Numbered from the stretch's first letter, positions 1-13,490 are shown. The stretch: 64,000 bases of DNA from Harriotta raleighana (GCA_050575255.1 JBNZDD010013730.1:2884261-2948260); one strand, 5' to 3'. Numbers and translations are program-made. Notes: a model not told the origin generated them from the letters alone.

Positions 1-854
1 AATTTTGTTGTTGTTGTTGTTATTGGCAGATGTTCAGTGTTAACAAAATAAGTCACACCAGAAATGTGTAGACAGGTTACTGATGCCATGATGACTTGAC
101 TTAAATGGTAGTGACAAGTTAAGACACGATCGAGTTATCAGTTTGCTGTATTAGTTTGCACAACCCCAAAAAATTGATGGCTTTCCCCCACAACCCCCAT
201 ATCATACAGATAGACTAGCCCTTTCCAAAGGCATTGATTAACTCAATTTCAAGGCAACGGGGGCTTTACAATAGTGACTAAATTAGATTAAAATAGGTGG
301 AATAAAAAGGACACAGGCCTCCACAAACATCGAGCACGAAAATACCTGAATTATATATGTTGGGCGTTGTTGAGCAGGTTCTAAGCTATCGTCGATGCGT
401 GCTCTAAATTCACTGATATAGCAAGTAATGCTTATCGCTGCTTGTAAACAGATTAGTGCAGCGTTGTGTGAGAGTATTCCTCAGGGAGAAGGGCGGTGAA
501 AAAATTCACCGGTGGGAATATTTGTGAATTGTTTTAGAATTATTGAAAGGTAGGTGAAGAGATCCTGTACTTTGGCACAAACCCAGATTTTGTCACCATT
601 GCCTAAGTGTATCACATACTATTTGTGCAAAAAAAGGGAAGAGTATTTTGACCCAAGCACCCACTGTTTTAATAACAGCAACAAATAGAAAAGGCCAGTT
701 GCAAGCCAGCAACAACCACAAAAAATTGGATTTGTATGGGACCAAACTGCTGATATTCAGAAACAACTTCCACCCATCACAACTTCTTTTGGCAGAATAC
801 TATTGAATAAAGTATTTCACCAAGTAATGAGTGATGGGATAATTCCCGACAGCT

Positions 855-1220
855 CAGGGTGAAATCTTGGGCAAGTTTGCTTATTTCACACGCCTGATAA
901 TAATCCCTCAAACAAAAAACATTGATGAATTGGTACTTTTAATCCACTCCTATTGTGTGGACTCTGCTGTGCGAAATCAGATGCAGCATTTTGCTCACAA
1001 CTACCCAGTTGATTCACTTTACAGTATATTCTGTGAAGCGCTTTGAGACAACAACAACAACAACAACAACAAAGTTACACTTATAGAGCGCGTTTCACGT
1101 CAGGAGGACGTCCCAAGGCGCTGGACAGATTGGTTCAGGACCCGAGCAAGAGACGTCCAAAGGATGTGAAAAGCACTATATCAAATGCAAGGATTATTGT
1201 TATAATCATCATTATTATTG
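855..1220 (+). mobile_element. 5'-truncated SINE interrupted by an L2 tail (about 1050-1150)
   Basis: SINE body to ...GCGCTTTGAGAC, then an antisense L2 tail, then GAGACGTCC...CAAATGCAAGGATTATT resumes. Confidence 0.8.
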
Positions 1221-2577
1221 CTGGGTCTATGGAGTCATTGCACACGCTGTGAGGTGACATTACTGGTTCATATCATAGATACGAAACACCAAAACTTTGT
1301 AAAAGTCTGCGTTCTGCGCAGAGCAGGATTCTCTCCAACCACTCTTTGGGCAGCAGAAAAAGAAAGCCTTTGCCTCTAATCTCCCTCTATGCCACTTCAC
1401 GTTGATGGAAGGAAGATGGGAGCATTCTATTTCGTACAACATTTTTGGTGTGAAAATTAATTACGCATTGCTTTTTTTTTGCTATTTACAGATGTCAGTT
1501 CTGCTTCAGCTGTAATCCGCCCTATAATCGCACCGCTCCCAAGCCTCAGGCACCATAGAATTACTGTATAAACAAAACATAGCACCCAATGCTCAGACAC
1601 AATTTAATGTAATTGGCTTTTCCAAGTGATATTAGACGCAAGGGTGGCTGCAGTGTAGAATTCTCTGCCACAAAAGCAGATTCCCCCAAATTATTTTCAA
1701 AAGAGAATGATGTAGATGCTTGAAAAATAGGAGTGTTAAGACATTTGGTGAGTGAGCAGCAGAAGGGAATTAAATTAGGTGGCACAGATTGAGAAGAACC
1801 AGTAGAGACTTGATGAGTGACGATGAAAAGCCTACTCTCATTCCTCTTGATAATGTGGAACAAGCATTTTGCTCGGATGAAGTCCAACCCTAGCATGATC
1901 AATATTTCTGCTTCACGACTTGATGAAAGAAACTCATCCGAACGGATGCCATTCCATGTCGCAAATAATAATGTCTTCGAACGCAACTCACCCTCCGTGT
2001 CAAATCTCTCATTGGCGGACACAATGGTAGCAGCTTTGAGCAGAACAGAATTATACAAAGGGCTGAAAAACTTGCCACTGCCACAGCTCATTTCACCCAA
2101 ACGCATTCAAATGGTGCAACATTTTCATGAACCTCAAGTTGAATGGGATGATTGATACGGACGATATTTAACAGAGTTTCTCTACCCGTTTATCCAGCCA
2201 GGAGCCGTACAAACTTTCTGAAAAGAATATTAAACGCATGAGCCTGCAATCATAGGTTCAGGCTCAACTCATCACTCATTGCATCCACTCAGAAAACTGT
2301 AGCCCAGCACTACATTAACTGCAACGTCATTGCTGGCTGACCGGGTGCTCTGCTTTTTGGAAGCGATGCAAGGCAAGGCAAGGCCTAAGAAACTGGAAGA
2401 CAGTTATCAGCCAGCCATTTTTTCCACCTTGTTAGGCTTTGAAACGTTGCGTGTCTTTAATCAACCCACATTGCATTTGTGGTTGGCCTCAGCCAGTGGA
2501 TACAGGAACATTTGAATTCTCTACTTCCTTGTATAAAGGTTAACTAAGGCGTTCAAATCCTGTTTTGTTTTTTTAAA

Positions 2578-2997
2578 ACAACAACAACAACAACAAAATT
2601 ACATTTATAGAGCGCGTTTCACGTCAGGAGGACGTCCCAAGGCGCTGGACAGTTGGTTTAGGACCCGAGCAGGGGGAAATGTTCAGGGCGAGGGGGAGGG
2701 AGGGGAGGGTGGGAGCGAGGAGGGGGTAGAGACTCGAGAGGGGAGCTGAAGGCATGGTCGAAGAGAAAGGTCTTGAGACCAGCCTTGAAAGAGGAAAGGG
2801 AGGAAGCGAGGCGAAGGCACTGGGGGATGGAGTTCCAGAGCCTGGGGGCTGAGCGGCTGAAAGCCCGGCCGCCGATGGTAGGACGGTTAGGACAGGGCAT
2901 GTGGAGCAGACCAGAGCCAGAGGAACGGAGGGTACGGGCAGGTAGATAGGGGGATAGTAGGTCGGAGAGGTAGGAGGGAGCAAGGCCGTGATAAATG
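2578..2997 (-). mobile_element. L2 LINE 3' fragment
   Basis: [42 protein letters not shown] plus the same tail and (GTT)n. Confidence 0.92.
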
Positions 2998-4690
2998 TAA
3001 TTATTGATTGATTGAATACCAAAGAGCTTTTCAACCTGTAGTCACATAATTAAGCAGTTCATTTCATAGAGTAACCACAGACCAACATCTAAATTTAGCT
3101 GATGACGAAGTTGTGAGCAGCATTCGGGCAATCCATCAGAGCATACGGAAGCTTGGTAGTTTCTACTAAAGTACTATAATAATGAAATGACTTATTCTCC
3201 ATTGATAGCATTTGAATGCAGCCAGTTTAAAGCATATTGTAGGATTATCAGAATTGGTGTTTAACGGATATGGTCTCAACAGTTCAGAACTTGATCGAAA
3301 TGTTTCCCTGCCTCCTCTAAATATTTTGCTCTATTGCTTCCCCACTGCTGTGGGTTCAGTTCTAGCGATCTGCTTATAGCAAAGTGGAGTTGAAGTACAA
3401 TTCTGGTGTCTACTGCTGCTCGTTCTTTCACTAGTTTAACTCCCATTCTAACTCAAGTTGTTGCGTAGTGTGTTGTTGATGAAATTTCAGTCATCAGAGA
3501 GTTAAAAACGTTTGGTACCAAGAGCCTCTTGTAAAACAGCAAGGGTTCTGTGGTGTCTTGGAAGAGTTTTGGGTAGAGAACAGTACTCTCTGACTTATTC
3601 GAAACAGATTCAAGAAATGCTTTGCTCTGGGCCTCTTTCCAGTTGACTGCAGATGGCAAAGACTTTATTTTTATTTGTTGGGCAGCCATCTTGATGGTAT
3701 GAATTCTCAGTTCACAAGCAGCAACATCCACAAGTTTCAGTATTCGTGGAGCACTTTTTAGTCTCGAAGCGAGCTTTATTTTCCTGAGATTTGTTTGGAG
3801 TTTTATTTGAAAGCCAGGCACATTGCAGTCTCAAAGGGTGATTCGAGTAGCAAAAATGCCACATCCAGCACAGATTCAATTATGATCTACTATGTGTTTG
3901 ATCTTATAAGTTCTTCCACAAGCTATGAATTAAAATAACACAAATAAGATTCCAGGCACAAGGCTGGAAGAGTTATGACAGAGTCTGGAGTCTCAACAAA
4001 AAAAAATCTGTCTCTGAACTCAGAAATTCTAATACACAACATTTTTTTTCTTTAGACATAAACATCTTGAAATATCTTTCTTAAATCAAAGCTGATTGTT
4101 TTAACTCTTGTTAAAATGGACAAATTCACACATCAGAGCATTTCCTGATGGTTTTCAAACCAGGACTATTCTTATTTTAAATAGGGAAACAGGCAGAAGA
4201 AACGTTTTTTTAAAAAAAGAGGCAGAAAAGGGCTGAAATATGTTTTAAAAGGGTAAATGGATAATAGCAAAGATATTCTTTTGATTCTTTTTTAAATCCC
4301 ATTTTTTATAAATAAGAAAAAGAGATAATGTTTTAAAAAAAAGTTTTACTTAAGATTTGTTTTGCATTATTTCAGTGGCTGAGAGTAAACATTACAGAAC
4401 AGAAGCTTTGCTTGACCTTTGAGCAGTTTTATTGCTGTAGCTTAGCTCAGGGGTTTGTTCAACAGCGAAACTGGTGTGTACAGATCCCATCTACATCCAG
4501 AAACCTCTGTAGGCCGACCAGTTAGGGCTGAAGTTTTAATTTGCTGCAATGCTGATTGTTGCATTTTTCATCTCTGGATACTGAGCTGAGAGTCATGTTG
4601 ATTTTTTGCAAAAAAAACACCTCAGTGAGTAACACTGTCCAACCACTGAAGCTCAGAGCTCAGAGATGCGCAAACCACTATCGACTGTTA

Positions 4691-7600
4691 GATCTAAAGC
4701 TATTAATAATCCTTGCATTTGACGTGTCTCAAAACTCTCCATCAGTTTTTCCTGCAGAGTGTAGTGATTGTATATTTTATAGGCAAGTGTGGCAGCCAAT
4801 TTCCACGGCAATGTCCCACAAATATACTGCAAATGACCAATTGTTTTTCCCTCTGGGAGATTGTTGGCCAGGATACCAGGAGTAAAATCCCTTTTCTTTT
4901 TGAATGGTACATGGAATCTTTAAAGTCCATCTACGCAGGCGGATGGGAACTGGGTTTAATGTTCTCACCTGAGGAATTGAAGCCTCAGACAATGTCAACA
5001 AACTCCCAGCATTTACACTTAATCCAACCTTGATGTCCTGACACAGGGTTATGTGTCCTGACATGGGGCTTGAATAGAGAAACTTGTATCTCGAGATACC
5101 AAACCGAGCTAGTTTGAGACTTTAATTGATCACAACATATCTAATCTTTCAAAATATTCACAAAATGTAGCAAACAACAACAACAAAATTACATTCACAG
5201 AGCGCCTTTCATGTATTTATTTCAGTATATTACAGTTTTCATAGTCTTTGTGCAAAATGCATTGGAAATAGTGGTGAATAAGCAGTAATCCAAATACTCT
5301 CCAACATTATTCATCCTGTAAAATGCATTTTATTTAAGGCTGTAATGTTTTTATAAACAACAACAACAAAATTACATTTCTAGAGTGCCTTGAGAAGACA
5401 TCCCAAGGAGCTTGAAGCACGAAATGGAGATAGGATTTATTTAAGTCAATTCTCTTCACCTAAAATAAAATGCGAGAACATGTTACAAAAAAAGCGTCAG
5501 AACCTGCTGCAAATACTATTTTCAGAAAAGGACGACATCCCTTTTGATATCATCTCAAATAACAGACACCAAAGTCATCACAGTTACTAAAATGTGAGCC
5601 AGTCACACAATTGCTCAATAATAACACCTGAAGCAAAGGCTACGGAAGACAGCAGTTTCGAAACGCAGGCTGCGCTGAGTTAGGTGAATTCAATCAGAGG
5701 AGCTCAAGGAATACTGCAATTGGGAACAATAGATCACAAGAGAAACTTGGATGAAGATAGCTTGGATGAAGATTGTTCCATCCGGTTGCAGATCCTTCAG
5801 TAACTCTGCCCCTAACCTCTGGAAATTCCCTCCCTGTATCCCTCCACCCAGCCTCTTTCATTGTCTTTAAATTCAGCCTAAAAATAAATTACCTCTTTAA
5901 TCTTTCCTACGATCACCCTCTCTCCCCTTCTTCTTCGCTCAGTGTCTGTCTCCCAGTTCCGAGATGTTATTTTACATGAAGAAAAGGAACGCTGTGTACA
6001 CACACACACACACCCACACACTGACATCATCCTTCCAGGGAAAAAATAATATCAGCTTGATCTTCATGGTTATATGATCCTTAATTGTCAACATATAACG
6101 TGTGTAAAATACTACTGAGTGACCTGCCTCAGTTCCAGGAATAGATACAGAATTCGCTCAGGGAGAGAGAGAAAATTGAGAGATTCCTCTTTACTGGTAA
6201 CATGAGCTGACAATTCCGATAGCCAGGGATTGCAGGTCACTAATGGATTGGGAGCCATTATTTGTTCCCATAAGCGAGACACGCACAATTGAAAACAACA
6301 ACGTACGTAGAATCCATATCAATACCGGGCAGCTTTGCTGTCTTTTCAACCTGTAGCTATTTAGTTAAGGAGTTNGATCTAAAGCTATTAATAATCCTTG
6401 CATTTGACGTGTCTCAAAACTCTCCATCAGTTTTTCCTGCAGAGTGTAGTGATTGTATATTTTATAGGCAAGTGTGGCAGCCAATTTCCACGGCAATGTC
6501 CCACAAATATACTGCAAATGACCAATTGTTTTTCCCTCTGGGAGATTGTTGGCCAGGATACCAGGAGTAAAATCCCTTTTCTTTTTGAATGGTACATGGA
6601 ATCTTTAAAGTCCATCTACGCAGGCGGATGGGAACTGGGTTTAATGTTCTCACCTGAGGAATTGAAGCCTCAGACAATATCAACAAACTCCCAGCATTTA
6701 CACTTAATCCAACCTTGATGTCCTGACACAGGGTTATGTGTCCTGACATGGGGCTTGAATAGAGAAACTTGTATCTCGAGATACCAAACCGAGCTAGTTT
6801 GAGACTTTAATTGATCACAACATATCTAATCTTTCAAAATATTCACAAAATGTAGCAAACAACAACAACAAAATTACATTCACAGAGCGCCTTTCATGTA
6901 TTTATTTCAGTATATTACAGTTTTCATAGTCTTTGTGCAAAATGCATTGGAAATAGTGGTGAATAAGCAGTAATCCAAATACTCTCCAACATTATTCATC
7001 CTGTAAAATGCATTTTATTTAAGGCTGTAATGTTTTTATAAACAACAACAACAAAATTACATTTCTAGAGTGCCTTGAGAAGACATCCCAAGGAGCTTGA
7101 AGCACGAAATGGAGATAGGATTTATTTAAGTCAATTCTCTTCACCTAAAATAAAATGCGAGAACATGTTACAAAAAAAGCGTCAGAACCTGCTGCAAATA
7201 CTATTTTCAGAAAAGGACGACATCCCTTTTGATATCATCTCAAATAACAGACACCAAAGTCATCACAGTTACTAAAATGTGAGCCAGTCACACAATTGCT
7301 CAATAATAACACCTGAAGCAAAGGCTACGGAAGACAGCAGTTTCGAAACGCAGGCTGCGCTGAGTTAGGTGAATTCAATCAGAGGAGCTCAAGGAATACT
7401 GCAATTGGGAACAATAGATCACAAGAGAAACTTGGATGAAGATAGCTTGGATGAAGATTGTTCCATCCGGTTGCAGATCCTTCAGTAACTCTGCCCCTAA
7501 CCTCTGGAAATTCCCTCCCTGTATCCCTCCACCCAGCCTCTTTCATTGTCTTTAAATTCAGCCTAAAAATAAATTACCTCTTTAATCTTTCCTACGATCA

Positions 7601-8059
7601 CCCTCTCTCCCCTTCTTCTTCGCTCAGTGTCTGTCTCCCAGTTCCGAGATGTTATTTTACATGAAGAAAAGGAACGCTGTGTACACACACACACACACCC
7701 ACACACTGACATCATCCTTCCAGGGAAAAAATAATATCAGCTTGATCTTCATGGTTATATGATCCTTAATTGTCAACATATAACGTGTGTAAAATACTAC
7801 TGAGTGACCTGCCTCAGTTCCAGGAATAGATACAGAATTCGCTCAGGGAGAGAGAGAAAATTGAGAGATTCCTCTTTACTGGTAACATGAGCTGACAATT
7901 CCGATAGCCAGGGATTGCAGGTCACTAATGGATTGGGAGCCATTATTTGTTCCCATAAGCGAGACACGCACAATTGAAAACAACAACGTACGTAGAATCC
8001 ATATCAATACCGGGCAGCTTTGCTGTCTTTTCAACCTGTAGCTATTTAGTTAAGGAGTT
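4691..8059. repeat. Near-perfect 1684-bp direct duplication (4691-6374 / 6376-8059) joined by a single N
   Basis: Offset 1685. Only one substitution noticed (ACAATGTC vs ACAATATC). Probably a contig-overlap artefact. Confidence 0.95.
4700..5115 (-). mobile_element. Older DeuSINE (SacSINE1/AmnSINE1-like) retaining the long Deu domain; duplicated at 6385-6800
   Basis: The minus strand reads ...TTCAAGCCCC...CATTGTCTGAGG...ACATTAAACC...AGATGGACTTTAAAGATTCCATG...GGTATCCTGGCCAACAAT...TTTGTGGGACATTGCCGTGGAAATTGGCTGCC, resembling my recollection of DeuSINE consensus. Confidence 0.65.
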
Positions 8060-9107
8060 CATTTCACAGAGTAACCACCGACCAACCTCTGGAATTCCGT
8101 CCGCCTCGCCCCCTCCCTGGCTTCCTTCAAGTCTTGCCTCAAGACTCTCCTCTTTGATGGACCCATCGGAAAACCCCTCATCCCCCCCTTTCCCTCCCCC
8201 CACCCGTCCCCAGCTTGTGTATCTAGAAACTTCCCAGAGACATTACCAGCATCTCACTTACTTCTAACTACTGCTGTCACTGTCTCTCTCTCTTTCCTGG
8301 GTGCCAGTGTAACTTCATTTCTGTGAAGAAGCCACTTTGATTTGTCTCAAAGGCATGATAAGGGCCTATATCAAATGCAAGGATTATTATTTTTATTATT
8401 ATTACTACTGCTTCACCTTTGAGGGGCCGCAGCTTGCTTTGTGTACAAGGTAGGCCTCAGATGAACAACTTCAATAGCTGCAAAGAGGCTGACGTGACTT
8501 CAAAATTCACTGAATTTACATTTTCCTGAAATTGCCTCGTTCGAAAAATGTTCGAATTTTCTCTCAGTAGATTCACTTCCCCATGTAAAGCCTTCACTTG
8601 TTACAGCATAAAATCATTTAAATGTGGTTAAAGGGACTGAATAAGCAATTCTACCTATGGACTGAAAGGCCTTCTGTCCTGTCATGTGAAAAATGTTTCT
8701 GGTTCTAATTCGACATATAATAATAATCCTTGCGTTTAATATCATGCCTTATCACTGCTTCCAGATGTCTCAAAGCACTGGACAGAATATACTGTGAAGC
8801 GAATTGACGGTCTGTTTTGTAGGCAAAAACACAGTAGCCAATTGCGCACGGAAGTGTCCCACTAACTGTTGTGCTTTTAGGGCAATGCAAATGGGAGAGA
8901 GAGGTCGTCGGAGTAGGCGTGGGTGTTACTTGTTAATTTCAAGGTACTTCAGAGAAACAGTCACCCGCCAAATGAGTCACCCAGGAATCAGGCGCTGAGA
9001 GATCAGACCAACCAGAGAAGGCTATGAATCAGACTGAACTGATACATTTACAACAGGGATTTGCAAAGTTTTAAGTGATATCTTAGAACAGCAGAGTGAA
9101 CTTTAAA

Positions 9108-9360
9108 CTCTCTGCCACCCCCTCTACACTCTGGAATTCCACCCCACAATCCCTTCGCCTCGCTGCCTCCCTCGCCTCGTCCAAGGCCGGTCTCGAGACC
9201 CTCCTTTTCGATCATGCCTTCTGCCACTCTCCCCCATCCCACTCTACCCTCCCCCCTGTCCTGCCCCTCCCCAGTGCTTGGGTCCCAAACCCTGACTGTT
9301 CAGCGCCTTGAGACGTCCTCCCGACCTGAAGGCGCTCTATACATGTAATTTTGATGTTGT
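9108..9360 (+). mobile_element. L2 LINE 3' fragment
   Basis: TLWNSTPQSLRLAASLASSKAGLETLLFDHAF plus tail. Confidence 0.85.
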
Positions 9361-10404
9361 GGCTTCATCCAAATAATAGGCCAGATAAAATGATGACACG
9401 AGCAGAGAGATAAGAGATCAAAGCAGAAATGAAGCGGAAATAAATTAACATATTAAAAACCAGCACAACATATATCCTCCTTAAACACAGTAGAAAGAGT
9501 GATTATATTACAGCCATGTTAGTTAAAAGCAAAATCCATAAAATACTTCATAATGAGGAAGTTACTTGCGAAATAAAAAAAATTAAGAAATACTGTACGG
9601 AGGAGAGTCAGGAAAGAGCCATTTAAAAAAAAAAGGAACTACTCTTGAGTAATACAATGGTAGAGAAAGCTCAAATAAAAAAAATCAAATAATACAATGG
9701 TGGAGAAGGGCAAAATAAGAATCATTGCATTTGGTGTAGTTCTTTGCATGCTGAGAGGACGACCCAAAATACTTCACGAGATATATTGTACTGTATAGTG
9801 AAGTCACTATGTTCTGCGGCTGATATTACCACTATATGCTGTGGCTGAAACAGCATCAGATATATACATGATTGTATCTTTTTCTATTCCTCATGTTTGG
9901 TCTTCAAACTTTCCAGTTTACAGACGCAAGAGATACAAATGCAAAATACTGTAAAGAGAATTAATTCACGCTGGGTGCAAACACACATTTTATTCCATGG
10001 ATTAAGTTTGTTTCAAATCATGAAAAGGTCCTTAATCTATTTACGAACTCGCTAAAATACCTGTTAGAAAACAAACGCTCTGTGATACGGTAAAGAAATT
10101 GTGTCAACAATTGTTCAATTCTATTGGGGTCATAGTGTTTACACAATGTTTTGCATTGATATAGACGAATCGTAGTTGTTTGTGAAGAACAGGTTTAAGC
10201 TGCTGGGGAATTGACATCAACCAAACAGTTTGCTTTACCACATGGGGCTGGCAGACGATGATTCAGTGATGACTTATAAAAAAACTTGCAACAGCCTATT
10301 TCCTCTGATAGACTAGAATAAGTTTTGTCTGAATATCTCTATCCTATGAGTGTACTCAAGCACACACTGGTTTTCCACGTCAGTGAAATAAAATAATAAA
10401 ACTA

Positions 10405-10720
10405 ATAATAATCCTTGAATTTGATATAACACTTTTCATGCCTTCTAAACATCTCAAAGCTCTTCTCACAATATGCTTTAAAGTGAATTGACTGTACATT
10501 TCTGGGCGAAACTCAGCAGCCAATTGTGCACAGCAGTGTCCCACAAACAGTCGTGGATTGAAATGACCAATTTTATTATTGTGTTTTTTTTTGGAGGGAT
10601 TGTTATTAGCCGTGTGGAGTAAGGAAACCTTGCCCGAGGTTTCGCCCTGACCCGCCTGGATTCGAACACAAGCCTCACACTTGTAAGGCGAGTGCTCTAA
10701 CCACTGAGCTGCAGGACTCT
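10405..10720 (-). mobile_element. tRNA-derived SINE, same family
   Basis: Same head, core and tail. Confidence 0.88.
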
Positions 10721-11437
10721 GAATACATGAATAGATGAGCTGCTTGTTAGCAAAAAGAAACGGGCCTTTAATATTAGTGCTGTAGTTTCACGGTAATGGC
10801 TCAGTTTAGAGCTTTAAAGGCCCCGAATAAAGTTTCTGCCTAGATGTTACAGGAGATGACAAATGCACAGTTACTTTGGATTCATTCCTGGGCAGCAATC
10901 ATGTACTTTGTCTCAGCAATAGCCAGTGTTAGCAATCAGTACAAAGCTTCCACGATGTGATGGTGGTGGTTGTGTTGCTTCAATGGGCAAACCCATAGTC
11001 TGGTTATATATAACATGAAGGTAGACTGTGCGTTAACATCAACTGCTGTCTCACGTCATTCGACAAGGAACAGAGTTTCCCCAAAGGAGGAATTGAAAGC
11101 CAAAGCAACGATTCAACAAAACTGACACAGGAATCCATTCTGATATAATTCTGTCAGGAAATAACGCAGGCTGGATAAAGGAAAAGCATGGGTTGGGTTA
11201 ATTTGTTTTGTCAAAAAGCATGTGTTAAGGTACCACATGAGAGTTTTAGGGCAATGATTATGGATGGTGGAATTTTAGGGAATGTGGGTGAATGGACGGA
11301 GAGGGGGTTAGAGGGTAGAATGTAAATAGTGGAGGGGGGGTGGAGGGGGAACGGAGATCAACAACGACAACAAAATTGCACCTTTCACATCAAGAGGACG
11401 TCCCAAGGCACTGGGATGATCATCTAGCTGGGATGAA

Positions 11438-11652
11438 GTAGTGGGTGGTCTTTCACATGATAAGTGTCACTGGAACTATTATTTGCTCAACACTGTTTCA
11501 TTCAATCTACAAATGTACAGTACTTTGTTTCAGTGCTGACTGCTNGTAGTGGGTGGTCTTTCACATGATAAGTGTCACTGGAACTATTATTTGCTGAACA
11601 CTGTTTCATTCAACCTACAAATGTACAGTACTTTGTTTCAGTGCTGACTGCT
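11438..11652. repeat. 107-bp direct duplication joined by a single N (11545)
   Basis: The two copies differ at two positions; probably a haplotype or contig-overlap artefact. Confidence 0.9.
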
Positions 11653-12852
11653 AAAAAAAAGTTTCAAAATCTCAAACCTATTGTATTATTATTACACATT
11701 ATTCCTGCTGATAAACAGGCACAGCTTCTGTAGGTTGAGAAGCAAGAAGTGGATTCAATAAATAGTCACCCAGCTCATCAAGTCTATGCTTTCCATATAG
11801 ATCATGTCTGCTCTGGCCAGCATCCAATTTAATGAAACATCAAGTGATGGAAGTTCATCCTTTGTGGTCCTGGGGCTAAAGCTCATAGAACTGATCGGAA
11901 ACCAAGGGAAGCGGTGATAAGATTAGACGACCTAAACATACTTTTATCTGGTATTAATTCTATATTTTCTGGGAAGCTTGCTAACGTTCACTGACTTATC
12001 CGATTAATGATTGACTGGGTGAGGCGCTGAAAGCTGTCTGCTGCCTACAAAACCACACTCTGGCACGAAGTAGAAGGGGAGAGAATTGGAGGCAAAACTC
12101 AGCAAAATATCTCAACACTGCTTCAATCTAAACTGAGAAGTTTGTAGGGCAAATTGTCGAGGATATCAATGTTTGAGCTGGTAATGAGAAAGGTTTTAAA
12201 GCTACTAGTTGGTGTTTTTTTACTCATGAACAACAGTTGCTTGTATTTTCATCACAGGAAGGAAATCTAAAAATGTTTAATGCAGGTGTGGTTAAGTTCT
12301 CTTTGCTGTTGCTGCATCTCTGCTGGTCTTTAATGTGTTTGAGACCTTTTGCAGTTCATTCCATTTATTGTGAGCAAAATGTGTCTCTGTGCAACATTTA
12401 ATCGATTGCAAAATATTTTGAATGCTGCTGGGATGGGAACCTGAAGAAATCTCCAGCCATTTGCTAACGGTTTAAAGAGGACGGCTTAAAATAGTCATTA
12501 TTAGGTACACACACTCTTATGCTACATGATGTACTGAATGACAGTCTCCAGTGGAATGAGATGCTGGTAAGAAAGCCAGCACTAGGAGATGTGTAGAAAT
12601 ATTCCATCAGAATTAAGTCAACCACGTTAAATTAACACACATTATGCAACTGCTAGATAAAAGCATGTAGAGATTCAGCACAATCGCTTAGGAAAGACTA
12701 GAATCATGCAAGGATTTTTGCAATCGAGGTCAAGTCTTGAAAACGCCCAGCATTTCAGAATTGGCGAACTACAAAGTTTGAATCTTAATACCCTAACCTG
12801 CTGGATACTCGTCCTGTAACACAATACAATATATGCAGAAATGAACGCCAAC

Positions 12853-12990
12853 ACAACAACAACAACAACATCGATTTATATAGCGCTCTCCACGCCGGAC
12901 GGCGTCTCAGAGCGCTTCACAGTAGCGGATTCCCGGGACCGAGCCAGGGGCAGGGGTAGAAAGGTGACCAAAGGCGCGGTCGAAGAGAAA
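12853..12990 (-). mobile_element. 3' end of a distinct L2-family element
   Basis: (GTT)n tail with a variant stem-loop AGCGCTCTGAGACGCCGTCCGGCGTGGAGAGCGCT; the upstream part resembles the L2 3' region. Confidence 0.65.
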
Positions 12991-13279
12991 GGGACAAAAG
13001 TTAAAGAGAATGCAAGGTTTTACAGGTAAATTATGGGTTCCGCTTCTGATAATGCTTTAAAAACAGTCATATAGCGATAGCTGGCCAGAAAGGGAAGTAA
13101 ATGGTGGTGGGGAGAGGAGGGGTTACCCCAACGTCAGTGTTACTCGCTGAACACATTTCCAACTGATCAAACTGTTGAAATAAATGTACAAGTGTTAAAC
13201 TTTGGAAGCTTATTTCTGCATTTTCATTTCCACTTCTGATTTTAAGGATCTTGACTAGACATGTACAAGCTGGTCAGGT

Positions 13280-13490
13280 TTAACAATAATAATAATAATA
13301 ATAATAATCGTTGCATTTGATAGAGCGCTTTTCGCGTCTTCTAGACGTCTCAAAGCTCTTCCCAGAATATACTCTACAGTGAATTGGCTGTAAATATGTG
13401 GGCGAAACGTGGCAGCCATTCGCGCCCGGCAGCCTCCCCACAAGCAGCCGTGGATTTAAATGACGACGTTTTTTTTTGGAGGCATTATTT
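13280..13490 (-). mobile_element. 5'-truncated SINE, same family
   Basis: Core, tail and (ATT)n present. Confidence 0.8.

Noticed and set aside
3453-3821. 122-aa minus-strand ORF
   Set aside because: No recognisable homology or convincing splice context; the length is compatible with chance.
4691-8059. 1.7-kb tandem duplication as a real recent duplication
   Set aside because: The copies are almost identical and joined by a single N. The same pattern occurs at 11545, 17962 and 61473, which is typical of unmerged overlapping contig ends.
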